The position numbers and the translations under genes were made by a program. Under the pieces are notes generated by a model. That model ran no database searches, was not told the origin of the DNA, and worked only from the letters and a program-made list of their open reading frames with translations. This document shows, one piece after another, positions 1 to 9,300 of a DNA stretch of 34,174 nt; positions within the stretch are counted from its first letter, which is position 1; each line of letters opens with the position of its first letter. The DNA comes from an uncultured bacterium (GTDB lineage Bacteria > Eisenbacteria > RBG-16-71-46): the NCBI GenBank assembly GCA_964554725.1, contig CAZKQE010000002.1, positions 1 to 34,174 of the forward strand, in the 5' to 3' direction.

Positions 1-514
1 TGATCGAGGAGCAGACGGCGCCGAACTGGATGCCGATCGAGCCGTCCTCGCGCGCGGGCTTGACGATGACCGGGAACTGGATGTCGTGCGAGTGCTCGAT
101 GCGGCCGCGATAGACGGTGGTGAAGTAGGGCGTGTGGATGCCGTGGAAGGTGAAGATCTTCTTCGCCAGCGTCTTGTCCTGGGCCAGGTAGAGCCCGCTC
201 GAGCCGGCGCCGGTGAACCGCCGCCCGAGCAGCTCGAGGTAGCCGGCGATGTTCGTGTCCTGGCTGTCGTCCCCCGCGAACGACTCGACCAGGTTGAAGA
301 GCAGGTCGGTCTGCGAGCGGGCGAGATCGATCAAGCTCTCGCGGGTGCCGTCGAGGCGCACGAATACGGGGTTGTGGCCGATCTTCTTGAGCGCCTCGTA
401 GACCTCCTGGACGTCCTCGTCGGGGGCCTTCTTCTTCGGCCGCTCCCCCTCGACCCGCGCCTCGTCCTCGTCCCACCAGTAGTCGTAGAGCACGCCGATC
501 CGGAGCTTCGCCAT
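1..514 (-). CDS. ATP-grasp ligase, D-alanine--D-alanine ligase-like. N-terminal part only; the C-terminus runs off the left window edge.
   Basis: Absent from the ORF track because it has no stop in the window. Reverse translation from the ATG at 514-512 gives MAKLRIGVLYDYWWDEDEARVEGERPKKKAPDEDVQEVYEALKKIGHNPVFVRLDG...LAQDKTLAKKIFTFHGIHTPYF...FPVIVKPAREDGSIGIQFG, which is Ddl/ATP-grasp-like. Codon position 3 is almost all G/C. GAGGA lies 7 nt upstream of the ATG. Confidence 0.75.
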   Translation of the reverse strand, partial: MAKLRIGVLYDYWWDEDEARVEGERPKKKAPDEDVQEVYEALKKIGHNPVFVRLDGTRESLIDLARSQTDLLFNLVESFAGDDSQDTNIAGYLELLGRRFTGAGSSGLYLAQDKTLAKKIFTFHGIHTPYFTTVYRGRIEHSHDIQFPVIVKPAREDGSIGIQFGAVCSSI

Positions 515-566
515 CGCGATCCTCGCCGTTGGGGTCACGGCCCCCTCATCCCCGGGGGCCGGCGCT

Positions 567-1580
567 TCAGGTCTGCACGAACCGCCCTCGCGTCAGATAG
601 TTCATCGCCAGCGTGGTGCCGTAGGCGGTCAGCTCGACCAGGTGCTCGCGCTCGCGGGCGGTGGCCACCACGAGCTGCCGCTCGCGGCAGGTGCGGGCGA
701 TGCGCTCGATGAGCGCGCGCACGACCGGGCGCTTCACGCCGGTCCAGTACGTGATCTTGTCCGTGAGGGCCAGACGGTTCTCCTCCACCAGCTCGCCGGC
801 CGGGCGGATCCCCTTCCGCCGCCGCCCGCGCCCGGGGAACATGTCCGTGAGGTCGGTCTCGAGCGCGACGTTCACCGCGGCGCCGTTCTGACGGATGAGC
901 CGGCGGTAGTACTGCTCCACCGTCAGCTTCATGTCCTCGACCGTGATGTCGAAGTCGCCGGTCGAGACCACCGGCTCCTGGTCGCGCACGCGCCGCGCGA
1001 TGCGGTCAACATAGCGCAGCTTGGCCAGCGCCGGCCACCACTTGTATTTGCGCCGCCAGTTCGAGCGCGGCGTGAGCCACACCGCGAAGGTCTCGGCGAA
1101 GTCCTCGTCGGGATGCTTCTGCGCGTACCAGCCGGCGATGTGGCGCACGTGCTTGCGGCTGAACGGCACCGGCCGGTAGTGGTCGCGATAGCGCCGGTTG
1201 TAGGGGCCGAAGCGCGCGCGCCACTCGGGCGTGACGTAGAGGCGGTAGGCGTAGTTGAACGCGTGCCCGGCCTCGTGGCGCAGGTACATCATGATCTCGC
1301 GCTCGTCCTCGAGGTCGTTCATCGCCCGCTCGAGCTTCGCCAGGTGCGGGTCGGCGAGGTAGAACGGGATGCCGATCACCGGCTGGCCGTCCGGGCAGCC
1401 CCACTCGTCCGTGAGGTAGCAGACCGGCCGGAATCGCTTGAGCCCCTTGCGCTCGAGTTCGCGGTGGAGCTGGTGCACGAAGCGCTCGACCGGCGAGCCC
1501 TCGAGGCGCAGGCCGAGCTGGCTGATGCGCTTGCCGAGCAGGTCGCGGACGTCGGGCGGCGTCTTCTCGAAGTCGGGCAC
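567..1580 (-). CDS. Putative zinc metallopeptidase (HExxH) encoded immediately upstream of the ATP-grasp ligase
   Basis: Same frame as track ORF 567..1697. Contains the HEAGH motif (MMYLRHEAGHAFNYAYRLY) and DEDFAETFAVW. I place the start at the in-frame GTG at 1580 (VPDFEKTPPDV...) because a TTGTCG-17-TAGCAT promoter ends 8 nt upstream of it. The 39 codons further upstream are Arg/Gly/Pro-rich junk. Confidence 0.7.
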   Translation of the reverse strand: MPDFEKTPPDVRDLLGKRISQLGLRLEGSPVERFVHQLHRELERKGLKRFRPVCYLTDEWGCPDGQPVIGIPFYLADPHLAKLERAMNDLEDEREIMMYLRHEAGHAFNYAYRLYVTPEWRARFGPYNRRYRDHYRPVPFSRKHVRHIAGWYAQKHPDEDFAETFAVWLTPRSNWRRKYKWWPALAKLRYVDRIARRVRDQEPVVSTGDFDITVEDMKLTVEQYYRRLIRQNGAAVNVALETDLTDMFPGRGRRRKGIRPAGELVEENRLALTDKITYWTGVKRPVVRALIERIARTCRERQLVVATAREREHLVELTAYGTTLAMNYLTRGRFVQT

Positions 1581-1588
1581 GGCGGGCG

Positions 1589-1617
1589 ATGCTAGCGATT
1601 CACCGGCGCCGCGACAA
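1589..1617 (-). promoter_or_regulatory. Sigma70-like promoter TTGTCG-17 nt-TAGCAT, 8 nt before the GTG at 1580 (possible leaderless mRNA)
   Basis: Minus strand reads TTGTCG (1617-1612), a 17-nt spacer, then TAGCAT (1594-1589). The 11-mer CGCTAGCATCG recurs at the predicted promoter of the aconitase-family gene (about 20804-20814). Confidence 0.4.
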
Positions 1618-1693
1618 CCGCGCCGGCCGCATCCGATCGGCCCGCGCGACCGCCCCGCCCCGCCGCTCGGCGCCGGCGGGCGGGCGGCGGCGG

Positions 1694-1711
1694 TCAAGAC
1701 GGGGTCAAGAT
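1694..1711 (+). promoter_or_regulatory. Tandem heptads TCAAGAC-GGGG-TCAAGAT (11-bp period), SARP-box-like
   Basis: Read directly: cggTCAAGACggggTCAAGATtcc. It lies in the divergent region between the metallopeptidase and yceI-like genes. No -10-like hexamer sits 8 nt downstream, unlike the other copies. Confidence 0.35.
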
Positions 1712-1765
1712 TCCCGCGCGCGGCCGGTGGGGGCCCTCCCGCGGCATCGATACCCGGTGACGGCC

Positions 1766-1794
1766 TTGGTGGGGCAGCCGGGCGCTGCTACGCT
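1766..1794 (+). promoter_or_regulatory. Candidate promoter TTGGTG-17 nt-TACGCT with TGC extended -10, for the YceI-like gene
   Basis: TTGGTG at 1766-1771, a 17-nt spacer, then TACGCT at 1789-1794. The 10-mer CTGCTACGCT recurs upstream of the cytochrome gene at 27927-27936. Confidence 0.3.
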
Positions 1795-1877
1795 CGCCGG
1801 CCGAACCCCGCACCCGTGCTCGCACACCGGCGCCCGTGGAGCGGACCGTGTGGCAATCCTCGAAAGGAGTCCCGACC

Positions 1878-2546
1878 GTGTCGCGTCGTCTGTTCGCCCT
1901 GTGTGCGGTCCTCATGCTGGTGGCGGGCACCGCCGCCGCCGAGCCGCGACCGTTCCGCATCGACCCCGGCCACTCGCTGGTGGGGTTCAACGTGCGGCAC
2001 TTCTTCAGCCGCACGCCCGGCCGCTTCCGGGAGTTCAACGGCACCATCCAGCTCGACGAGAAGAACCTCGCCGCCTCCTCGGTCGAGGTGACCCTCCAGA
2101 CCGCCAGCGTCGACACCGAGAACGAGCGGCGGGACAACGATCTGCGGAGCGCGAATTTCTTCCACGCCGACAGCTTCCCGACGATCACCTTCAAGAGCAC
2201 GAAGGTGGTCCCGGGCCCCGAGAAGTCGTTCCTGGTCTACGGCGACCTCACGATGCGCGGGGTCACGAAGCCGGTGACGCTCGAGGCGACGCTGCTCGGG
2301 GTCGGTGAGGTCGGCATGGGCGGCCGCCCGCCGCGCACGATCGCCGGCTTCGAGGCGAAGACCACGGTGGATCGCAAGGACTTCGGCATCGTCTGGAACC
2401 GCGTGCTCGACCAGGGCGGCACCATGCTCGGCGACGACGTCCAGATCACGCTCCAGATCGAGGCGGTGTGGATGGACCCCAACGCCCCGCAGCGCCCGCA
2501 GCCGGGCGAGCGACCGGCGGCGACCCCGACCCCCGAGAAGAAGTGA
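1878..2546 (+). CDS. YceI family periplasmic (polyisoprenoid-binding-like) protein
   Basis: Frame of track ORF 1836..2546. Family signature HSLVGFNVRHFFSRTPGRFREFNGTI...ENERRDNDLRSANFFHADSFPTITFKS. The GTG at 1878 is preceded by GGAG (1866-1869) 8 nt upstream and opens a signal peptide, VSRRLFALCAVLMLVAGTAAA. Confidence 0.85.
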   Translation: MSRRLFALCAVLMLVAGTAAAEPRPFRIDPGHSLVGFNVRHFFSRTPGRFREFNGTIQLDEKNLAASSVEVTLQTASVDTENERRDNDLRSANFFHADSFPTITFKSTKVVPGPEKSFLVYGDLTMRGVTKPVTLEATLLGVGEVGMGGRPPRTIAGFEAKTTVDRKDFGIVWNRVLDQGGTMLGDDVQITLQIEAVWMDPNAPQRPQPGERPAATPTPEKK

Positions 2547-2572
2547 CGACCGCGCCGCGACCCGGTTCGTGA

Positions 2573-2609
2573 CGCGACGGCCCCCGGTCGAGGACCGGGG
2601 GCCGTCGCG
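2573..2609. terminator. Bidirectional GC-rich hairpin between convergent genes
   Basis: GCGACGGCCCCCGGTC (2574-2589), loop GAG, GACCGGGGGCCGTCGC (2593-2608). This is a perfect 16-bp stem, 17 bp with C2573:G2609. There is no T-tract. Confidence 0.6.
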
Positions 2610-2627
2610 CATGCGGGGGGACCGGGG

Positions 2628-3254
2628 TCAGTGTCCCGAGGACCGGGGCGCCGTCGAGTCGGGCGGCGCCGCCGGAGCCGCCGCCGAATCCGGATGCGCC
2701 GCGACCCAGGCGTCGTAGCGCGTCTGCAGCGTCTTCCGCTCCGCGGCCGCGCCCAGTCGCTCGAGCCACACCAGCTGCTCGCGCGCCTTCTTCGGCTCCC
2801 CGCGGTCGAGCCACGCCTCGCCCAGGTACTCGCGCGCCGGGGCGTAGTCGGGCTTGATCGCGAGGCAGCGGTCGTACGCCTTGAACGCGAGGTCGTAGTC
2901 GCCGACCTTGCGCGCGCTGTAGCCGAGCAGGTTCCACGCCTCGTGATACCGCTCGTCGAAGGCGACCGCCTTCTCGCAGCGCTCGATCGCGCGGCGGAAC
3001 TTCTTCTCCGCCTGCTTCGCCTTGCCCGACTCGAGCTCCTGCTTCGCCTTCGCGACCTCCTCGTAGGCGAGCGCGTAGCTCGCCTCGGCCTCCTGACGGG
3101 GCGTGGTGGCGCCGGAACCGCCGGCGTTCGTGCCCGGCAGGCCGGCCGGCGTCGGATTGGGAGACGGCGTGCGCGGCTCCTGGGCCATCGCGAACGCCAG
3201 CGAGGCGAGGCACAGGAGCGCGGCGACGGTGAGCGGGGTGAGGCGTGCGTGCAT
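2628..3254 (-). CDS. Secreted TPR-repeat protein
   Basis: Frame of track ORF 2628..3860, but started at the internal ATG at 3254 (GGGGGA SD upstream). This gives MHARLTPLTVAALLCLASLAFA (signal peptide). TPR-like helices follow: YHEAWNLLGYSARKVGDYDLAFKAYDRCLAIKPDYAPAREYLGEAWL. The upstream 200 codons are Arg/Pro junk. Confidence 0.75.
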   Translation of the reverse strand: MHARLTPLTVAALLCLASLAFAMAQEPRTPSPNPTPAGLPGTNAGGSGATTPRQEAEASYALAYEEVAKAKQELESGKAKQAEKKFRRAIERCEKAVAFDERYHEAWNLLGYSARKVGDYDLAFKAYDRCLAIKPDYAPAREYLGEAWLDRGEPKKAREQLVWLERLGAAAERKTLQTRYDAWVAAHPDSAAAPAAPPDSTAPRSSGH

Positions 3255-3472
3255 GATGGTCCCCCGGATGGCGGGTCGGGTGAAGGGAGGCCCCCATTCT
3301 CGCGCAGGAGCGCGGCGGACGGCCACCTCGTTCGATGCCGCGTCCGGGCCGCCGGGTCCGCACCTCACCCGCGACGCGGCCGGCAGCTTCCACCGCGCGG
3401 ACTGCAATCGCCTGTCTCCCTTGTGGTTATGACCGGGCCGATGCGACCCCGCGGCCCCCGGCGGGCGTCCAC

Positions 3473-3504
3473 TCAAGCGGCGGTCAAGGCGGCTGCGGGA
3501 GGAT
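3473..3504 (+). promoter_or_regulatory. SARP-type promoter architecture: TCAAGCG-GCGG-TCAAGGC, 8 nt, GAGGAT
   Basis: Heptads at 3473-3479 and 3484-3490 (11-bp period). GGCTGCGG is at 3491-3498 and the -10-like GAGGAT at 3499-3504. It matches the copy upstream of the 1602-aa protease (27754-27723, minus) at 26 of 32 positions. It points rightward into non-coding DNA and then antisense to the 886-aa protease. Confidence 0.45.
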
Positions 3505-3717
3505 GGCCGCGCGGGAAGGGGCTTCGCCTCTCGGGGGGCGTCGCACCAACCGTCCGGTACGCGGACCGTTCGGCGGGGGCGCGTCGCGGGAGAGCCCGGT
3601 TTCTGGTGCGGCCCCAGGTCCGGAGCTTCGCTCGCGGTCGTGTCCCCCGTCGAGCGCCGTGCCAGGCGGGAGCCGCGGGGCCGGAAGGGGGCGACCGGGG
3701 CGTGGACCCCGGGGGGA

Positions 3718-6378
3718 TCAGCGGCCGACGACGACCAGCCGGGCCACCCCGGCGGCGCCGGCGCGGGCGAAGTAGAGCCCGGCCGCGAGCGGACGCCCGG
3801 CGGCGTCGAGCGCCTCCCAGCGGGCGCGCCACGTGCCCCGGTCCTCCGCGAAGGGAGCACGGCCCACTTCGCGGCCGGCGAGGTCGAAGACGCGCAGCTC
3901 GGCGCCCGGAGCGGACGGGAGCGCGAAGGTCACCGCGGCGCCGCCCGCGACCGGATTGGGACCGGCGAGCATGCGCCCCGTCGGGGTCGGCGCCTCGACC
4001 CCCACCACCGCCGCGGGGGCCGAGGCGTGGACCGTCAGGCCCTCGAACGTCTGGAGCGGCGTGGGTCCGCCCGGGACGCTCTGGTCGCCGCCCGGCTGGT
4101 GCGCGATGACGCGGTAGGCCGCCACGCGTCCGTTGCGGTTGAGGTACCCGCCCTCGGTGACCCGCAGCCACCACACGTTCGCCGGCCCGGGCGGCAGGTA
4201 GGCGGACGCCGCCCCCTGGGGGATGGGGATGGCGAAGGTCCAGGCGATGTTCCCGGCCGAGCTGGCGCCGGTCACCCAGTCGCTCGCGACCGCCGCGGCG
4301 CTCGAGGGCAGCGGGAAGGAGAGCGCCGGCGGCGCGCCGCCCGACCCCGCGACCGACCCGCTCCCGCCGCCCAGCTCGATCGCGGCGTCCACGTCGCTGT
4401 CGTAGGCGTTGTGGACGATCGTCACTTCCACGGTGGCGATCGGCGCGCCGACCGGGCTCACGAACCGACGTGCGGGGCCCGCGTGGCGGACGCCGCCCTC
4501 CGTGTAGGCGACCCGGTACCAGAAGGGGACGCCGCGCTCACCGCCGGGGACGCCCCACGCGCGCGGGTAGCTCTGGAGATTCGTGCCGTCGGCCAGCGAC
4601 GGGTCGCCGGCGGACGCGACCGAGTCGTAGGGCGCGAACATGCCCGGCGCCCCGCCGACGTCCGGCGCGCGCTCGACCACGAAGTGGCCGGCGCCCATCT
4701 CGCGCATCGTGCGCAGCGTGGCGGTGATCTGATCGGTCCCCGCCCGCAGCTCGAGCCGCCGGACCTGCGAGCGCCCGGGCTGGTCGACCTCGAGGAAGGC
4801 CGCGTGCAGGTCCAACGCGCCGAAGCCGATCGGCGAGTACCAGCCGGGGTCGGCGCCACCGACCCCGGCCGGGACGTCGAGCAGCGTGCGGCGCCCGGTG
4901 GCGCGCAGCACCGAGGCGATCGCGGCGGGCGTCAGCGACGGATAGGCCGAGCGCAGGGCCGCGGCCGCGCCGCTCACGAACGCCGCCGCCATGCTGGTGC
5001 CGCTCCGCCGCCGGTACTGGGCGCCGTCGGTGGTCAGGTCGCCGTCGGCCGAGAGCACCGCCACGCCGGGCGCCAGCAGGTCCGGCTTGGCCTCGTCGGC
5101 CGCGTCGCCATCGCCGTCGGTCGCGCGCGGGCCGTAGGCGCTGAACGGCGCGAAGCGGTCATCGTCGTCGAGCGGCGTACGGCGGCCGTCGAGCGCCCCC
5201 ACCGCCAGCACGCGGTCCCCGCCCGCCGGCGAGGGCACGTAGTGGTCGCGACCCTCGTTGCCGGAGGAGGCCACGACCACGATCCCCAGCTCCGCCGCGC
5301 GGTCGGCGAGCCGCGAGGCCAGGTCGCGCCCGTCGGTCTCGTCCACGCTCGAGAGGGACAGGTTGATGACGTCGATCCCGGTGTGGAACGGGTCGCCCCA
5401 GTCCCGCGCGCGGTTGTGGATGCACCAGTCGAGCGCCTCGGCGAGGCCGGTCCCGACGCCGACGTCGTTCAGCACCTTGACGTCCACGAACCGCGCCTCG
5501 GGCGCCACCCCGCGCGCGTAGCCGGTGGAACCGCCGCTGCCGACCACGATCCCCGCGACGTGGGTGCCGTGGGACTGGGTGGCGGTGCCGCCGTGGTCGG
5601 ACGGGTTCACGCTGCCGTCGCGCGGCGTGTCGAGCGTGGAGTCGCCGGAGGTGAACACGGCGCCGCCGAGGCAGCGGCCCAGCAGCGACTCGTGCCCGGG
5701 ATAGTTCCCCTCCGCCGCGTCGTTCACCCCGGTGTCGAGGATCGCCACCACCACGCCGTGGCCCGCCGGCATCCCCATGCCCGACCAGGTCGGGAACACC
5801 TGCTCCTGCGGGTCGCGCACCCCGATCCCGGCGGCCGCCTCGTGCAGGACCGGGTAGAGGATGGGGATGGCCTCGACGCGTTCGACGCCCGGCAGCGCCG
5901 CGGCCGCCTCGGCCTGGGCGAAGGTGGCGACGCTGCGGAGCGCCGGGAGCGCCGTGTAGCGGTGGAGCACCGGCATGCCGAGCGCGGTGAGCGCGAGGAG
6001 GTCCGCGTCGGCGGGCGGCTGCAGGTAGTGGACGTAGACGCCGTAGAGCAGCGAACCCGGGATGCGGGTCACGTCGATGCGCCGGCGCTGCAGGCTGTCC
6101 GCCTGCTCGAAGGCGAACGTGTAGCCCAGCACGTGGACGGTCTCGATGCGGTCGTCGATCCGGTCCTCGTCCTGGTCCCAGATGAAGGGCGCGCCGGCCG
6201 CCGGTCCCGGGACCAGCAGCGTGACGGCCGCCAGCAGCCACGCCGGCCACGCCGCGGCGCCCGCGTGCCGCCGCGCGGCGCGGGCGGACACGACGACACC
6301 TCTCCGGGCGGGCCCCAGGGCGTTCATCGCCGGGAAGTGGACCGCGGAGGGGTTGCCTGGGACTTGACCGAATGCCAT
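3718..6378 (-). CDS. Secreted subtilisin-like serine protease (peptidase S8) with P-domain-like region and FlgD-Ig/T9SS-type C-terminal domain
   Basis: Catalytic triad motifs VVVAILDTGVND (Asp), SHGTHVAGIVVG (His) and SGTSMAAAFVSGAAAAL (Ser). The C-terminus is NPVAGGAAVTFALP...LRVFDLAGREV...GLYFARAGAAGVARLVVVGR. The start is uncertain: ATG 6378, ATG 6327 or GTG 6291 (GGAGAGG SD). A hydrophobic signal segment, AWPAWLLAAVTLLVPGPAAGA, follows all three. Confidence 0.9.
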   Translation of the reverse strand: MAFGQVPGNPSAVHFPAMNALGPARRGVVVSARAARRHAGAAAWPAWLLAAVTLLVPGPAAGAPFIWDQDEDRIDDRIETVHVLGYTFAFEQADSLQRRRIDVTRIPGSLLYGVYVHYLQPPADADLLALTALGMPVLHRYTALPALRSVATFAQAEAAAALPGVERVEAIPILYPVLHEAAAGIGVRDPQEQVFPTWSGMGMPAGHGVVVAILDTGVNDAAEGNYPGHESLLGRCLGGAVFTSGDSTLDTPRDGSVNPSDHGGTATQSHGTHVAGIVVGSGGSTGYARGVAPEARFVDVKVLNDVGVGTGLAEALDWCIHNRARDWGDPFHTGIDVINLSLSSVDETDGRDLASRLADRAAELGIVVVASSGNEGRDHYVPSPAGGDRVLAVGALDGRRTPLDDDDRFAPFSAYGPRATDGDGDAADEAKPDLLAPGVAVLSADGDLTTDGAQYRRRSGTSMAAAFVSGAAAALRSAYPSLTPAAIASVLRATGRRTLLDVPAGVGGADPGWYSPIGFGALDLHAAFLEVDQPGRSQVRRLELRAGTDQITATLRTMREMGAGHFVVERAPDVGGAPGMFAPYDSVASAGDPSLADGTNLQSYPRAWGVPGGERGVPFWYRVAYTEGGVRHAGPARRFVSPVGAPIATVEVTIVHNAYDSDVDAAIELGGGSGSVAGSGGAPPALSFPLPSSAAAVASDWVTGASSAGNIAWTFAIPIPQGAASAYLPPGPANVWWLRVTEGGYLNRNGRVAAYRVIAHQPGGDQSVPGGPTPLQTFEGLTVHASAPAAVVGVEAPTPTGRMLAGPNPVAGGAAVTFALPSAPGAELRVFDLAGREVGRAPFAEDRGTWRARWEALDAAGRPLAAGLYFARAGAAGVARLVVVGR
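6336..6367 (-). promoter_or_regulatory. Degenerate SARP-box-like copy: TCAAGTC-CCAG-GCAACCC, 8 nt, TCCACT, then 8 nt to the ATG at 6327
   Basis: Minus strand reads cggTCAAGTCccagGCAACCCctccgcggTCCACTtcccggcgATG. It lies inside the first 17 codons of the longest ORF call for the 886-aa protease. Confidence 0.25.
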
Positions 6379-6399
6379 ATCCGACCGTGCTCCAATCGT

Positions 6400-9300
6400 T
6401 TACACCGATGTTGCCAGGCGCTCGGGCTGCCGGGCCGGGACCGCGAGCAGCCGCTGCACGGCGCGCGCCGTCTCGGGGAGCGGCTCCACCCCCAGCTCGG
6501 CCCGCAGCAGGCCCTTCAGCTTGTCGTACTCGGCGATCGCGGCGCGCCGCTGGCCGAGCGCGACCATCGCCTCCATCATCGCCAGCCTCGTCGCCTCGCG
6601 GAACTCGTCCAGCTCGGCCGCGCGCCGGAACGCCGCCAGCGCCGCCTCGTGGTCGCCGGCCCCGGCGCAGGCGGCCCCCAGGTCGAGGTGCAGCTTCTCC
6701 ATCCGGTCGCGCGCGCGCGCCTGGAGGTCCTCCGCCCACGGGCCGTAGATCCCCTCGAGGAACGGCGCCGACGCGAGCGCCGAGGCCCGCTCGAGGGCGT
6801 GCCGTCGGGCGTCCGGGTCGCGGGCCGAACGCGCCTCCTCGATCGCGCGGTCCACCTCCCAGGCGTCGCACGCCATCGGGAAGGCGGGGTTCAGGCGATA
6901 GAACTCGCCCTCGCGCAGGATCGCCGGCTCCTTCGCACGCCCGAGCACGCCCCGGACGTAGGACAGCGTCGGGTGGAAGTTGCGCCGGCCCGCCGCCAGC
7001 TGGCGACCCGGCCAGAAGTGCTCGAGCAGCGCGTCCTTGGCGGCCCCGCGCGGATGGAGGGCGAGGAAGACCAGCAGGTGGAACGCGCGCTGGGCCCGCC
7101 ACGCCGAGGCCGGGACCGGCCGGCCCTCGACCTGCAGGTGCGGCGGTCCGTGCAGGACCAGACGCGGCACCCGCGCCTCGACCTGCTCGTCGGCGGCCGC
7201 CCCGCGGGCCAGACGCTCGGCGATGTGGCGCCGGGCGGTGCGCAGCGCCGGCCGCAGCGACCGCCGCGTCGCGCCCAGCCGCTCGAAGGCCTCGTGTGCC
7301 GCCCGGCCGCCCACCTCGCCGAGCAGCGCCACCACCGCCTCGGCCGCCGACGGCGGCGCCTCGGCGAGCGTCTGCAGCAGGGCGTCCTCGATCGCCACCC
7401 CCGCCTCGACCAGCGCCGCCGAGGCGACCTCGGTCTCGATGCCGCGGGCGAGCGCGTAGAGCAGGGGCGCGGGCTCCTCCCGCGCCTGCACGCGCAGGAA
7501 GTAGAGGTAGCCGCGCTCGCGCACCAGCCGCAGCGCCTGCGCGAGATGGGCGTCCACGCTGCGGCGGTCCCCCATCGCGTGGCGGGACTCCCCCAGCCAG
7601 TAGTGGACGCGCATGCGCTGGAAGTCGTTCTCGCCCGCGTCGGCGCGCGCCACCAGCGACTGGAGCAGGTCGCGCGCGACCCGCACGCGGCCGGCCCGCA
7701 GCTCGCACCAGGCGAGGGTCGCGCGGTACTCCGTGAGCTGCGGCGCGTCGGGACGCCCGGTGAGGCGCTCGATCGCCTGGCTCAGGAACTCGACCGCGCG
7801 ACGGTACTGGCCGCGGGCGCAGAAGATGCGGCCGCGCAGCACCAGCAGGTCGAGGGCGATCACCTCCATGCGCAGCTCGGCGTTCAGCTCCTCCGCCCGC
7901 TTCAGCGCGGCGAGCGCCCCGTCGAGGTCGCCGCCCTGGGCGAGGATCTGCGCCAGCGCCTCGTGGCAGCTGGTCTCGAGCGCCCGGTTCGAGAAGCGCT
8001 GCGCCGCCAGCAACCCCTCCTCGGCCGCCCGCCGCGCCTCGGCGAGCTCGCCCAGCTCGGCGAGATGGAACGCCAGGTTCGAGAGGTAGAGCGGTGCGCG
8101 CGGCGAGGCGGTCCCCCGCACCTGCGAGAGCGCCGCCCGGAACTCGCGCGAGGCCTCGTGGAAGCGCCCCTGCGCCGCGTAGGCGCCGGCGAGGTTGTGC
8201 AGGATCGGCAGCAGGAGCTCGGGCTCGGCGGCGGCCGGGAGCATCGCCCGCACCTCGTCGAGCACGCGCACGGCCGCCCGGTACTGTCCGAGGTAGAAGT
8301 GCGCGCCCGCCTTCATCTGCATCAGGCGCGCGCGCACGTCGAGCCCCAGGTCCTGCGCCAGGGCGAGGCCGCGCTCGGCCATCCCGAGCACCTGCTCGTA
8401 GCGGCCGCGCAGGTTGAAGACCTTGCCGAGCCCGATCAGCGCCAGGCACTCGTGCGCGCGGTCGGCGCTCTCGCGGCAGCGCCCGAGCACCTCCTGATAG
8501 AGCCCTTCCGCCTCGTCCCAGCGGCCCAGCGCCTGCCGGGCGTCCGCCAGCGCCACCGCCAGCGCGGCGTCGGAGCGGACCGCCTCGCCCGGAAGGTCGT
8601 CGAGGTACTGCAGGAGCGCCGCGGCGCGGCCCTGCGCGAGCAGGCGCGGGGCCAGGTCGCGCAGCAGTCCGACCGCGTCGGTCCCACGCCCGGCGGCGAG
8701 GAAGTGGCGGAGCGCGCGCTCGGGCTCCCCGCGCGCGGCCAGCGCGGCCGCCGAGTCCGCCTCGAGGTCGCGCCAGGCCCCGGGTCCGCCCGCCCCTTCG
8801 ATCTCCTGCCGGATGAAGCGCCGCACCAGGTCATGGCACTCGTACGAGGCCTGCGTCCCGGTGCCGAAGGTGCGGAGCAGTCCGCGGCGCGCCAGCGACT
8901 CCAGCAGACCGCGCGCGTCGCGGTCGCGCCCGGCGAGCGTCGAGGCCAGGTCGGCGTCGAAGCGCGTGAGCGCGGCGGTGCGCTCGAGCATGCGCCGGGC
9001 GCCCGGGTCGAGCCGCGCGTAGACCTCGGAGGACAGGTAGTCGTGGAGCTCGAGGTTCGAGGCGTGGAAGTCGGCCAGCACCTCCTCGAGCGTCGCCCGG
9101 TCCGAGCGCCGGAGGGATTCGAAGACGAGGTGGACGGCGGTCGGCCAGCCGAGCGTCGTGCGATCGAGGGCGTCGAGCGCCTCGTCGACCAGCGGGCGGC
9201 GGTAGACCTCGGCGAACAGCCGCGCCAGCTCCTCGCGCCCGAGCCGCAGGTGGCTCGAATCGAGCTCGAACACGTCGCCGCGGGCGCGCATCCGCTCGAG

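Noticed and set aside
86-712. 208-aa plus-strand ORF at the left edge
   Set aside because: It is antisense to the ATP-grasp ligase N-terminus, which translates into a clean Ddl-like sequence with near-total G/C at codon position 3.
3335-3775. 146-aa ORF (and an internal ATG at 3503 right after GGGAGG) in the 460-bp gap, considered as the target of the orphan promoter
   Set aside because: Third-position G/C is clearly lower than in real genes here. The product is Gly/Arg/Pro/Ser-rich, and the ATG abuts the SD-like sequence with no spacer. The region is treated as non-coding.
5159-8449. 1096-aa minus-strand ORF spanning the protease/regulator junction
   Set aside because: It is off-frame relative to both real genes and crosses their intergenic stop/start. 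It is extremely Arg/Gly/Ala-rich.
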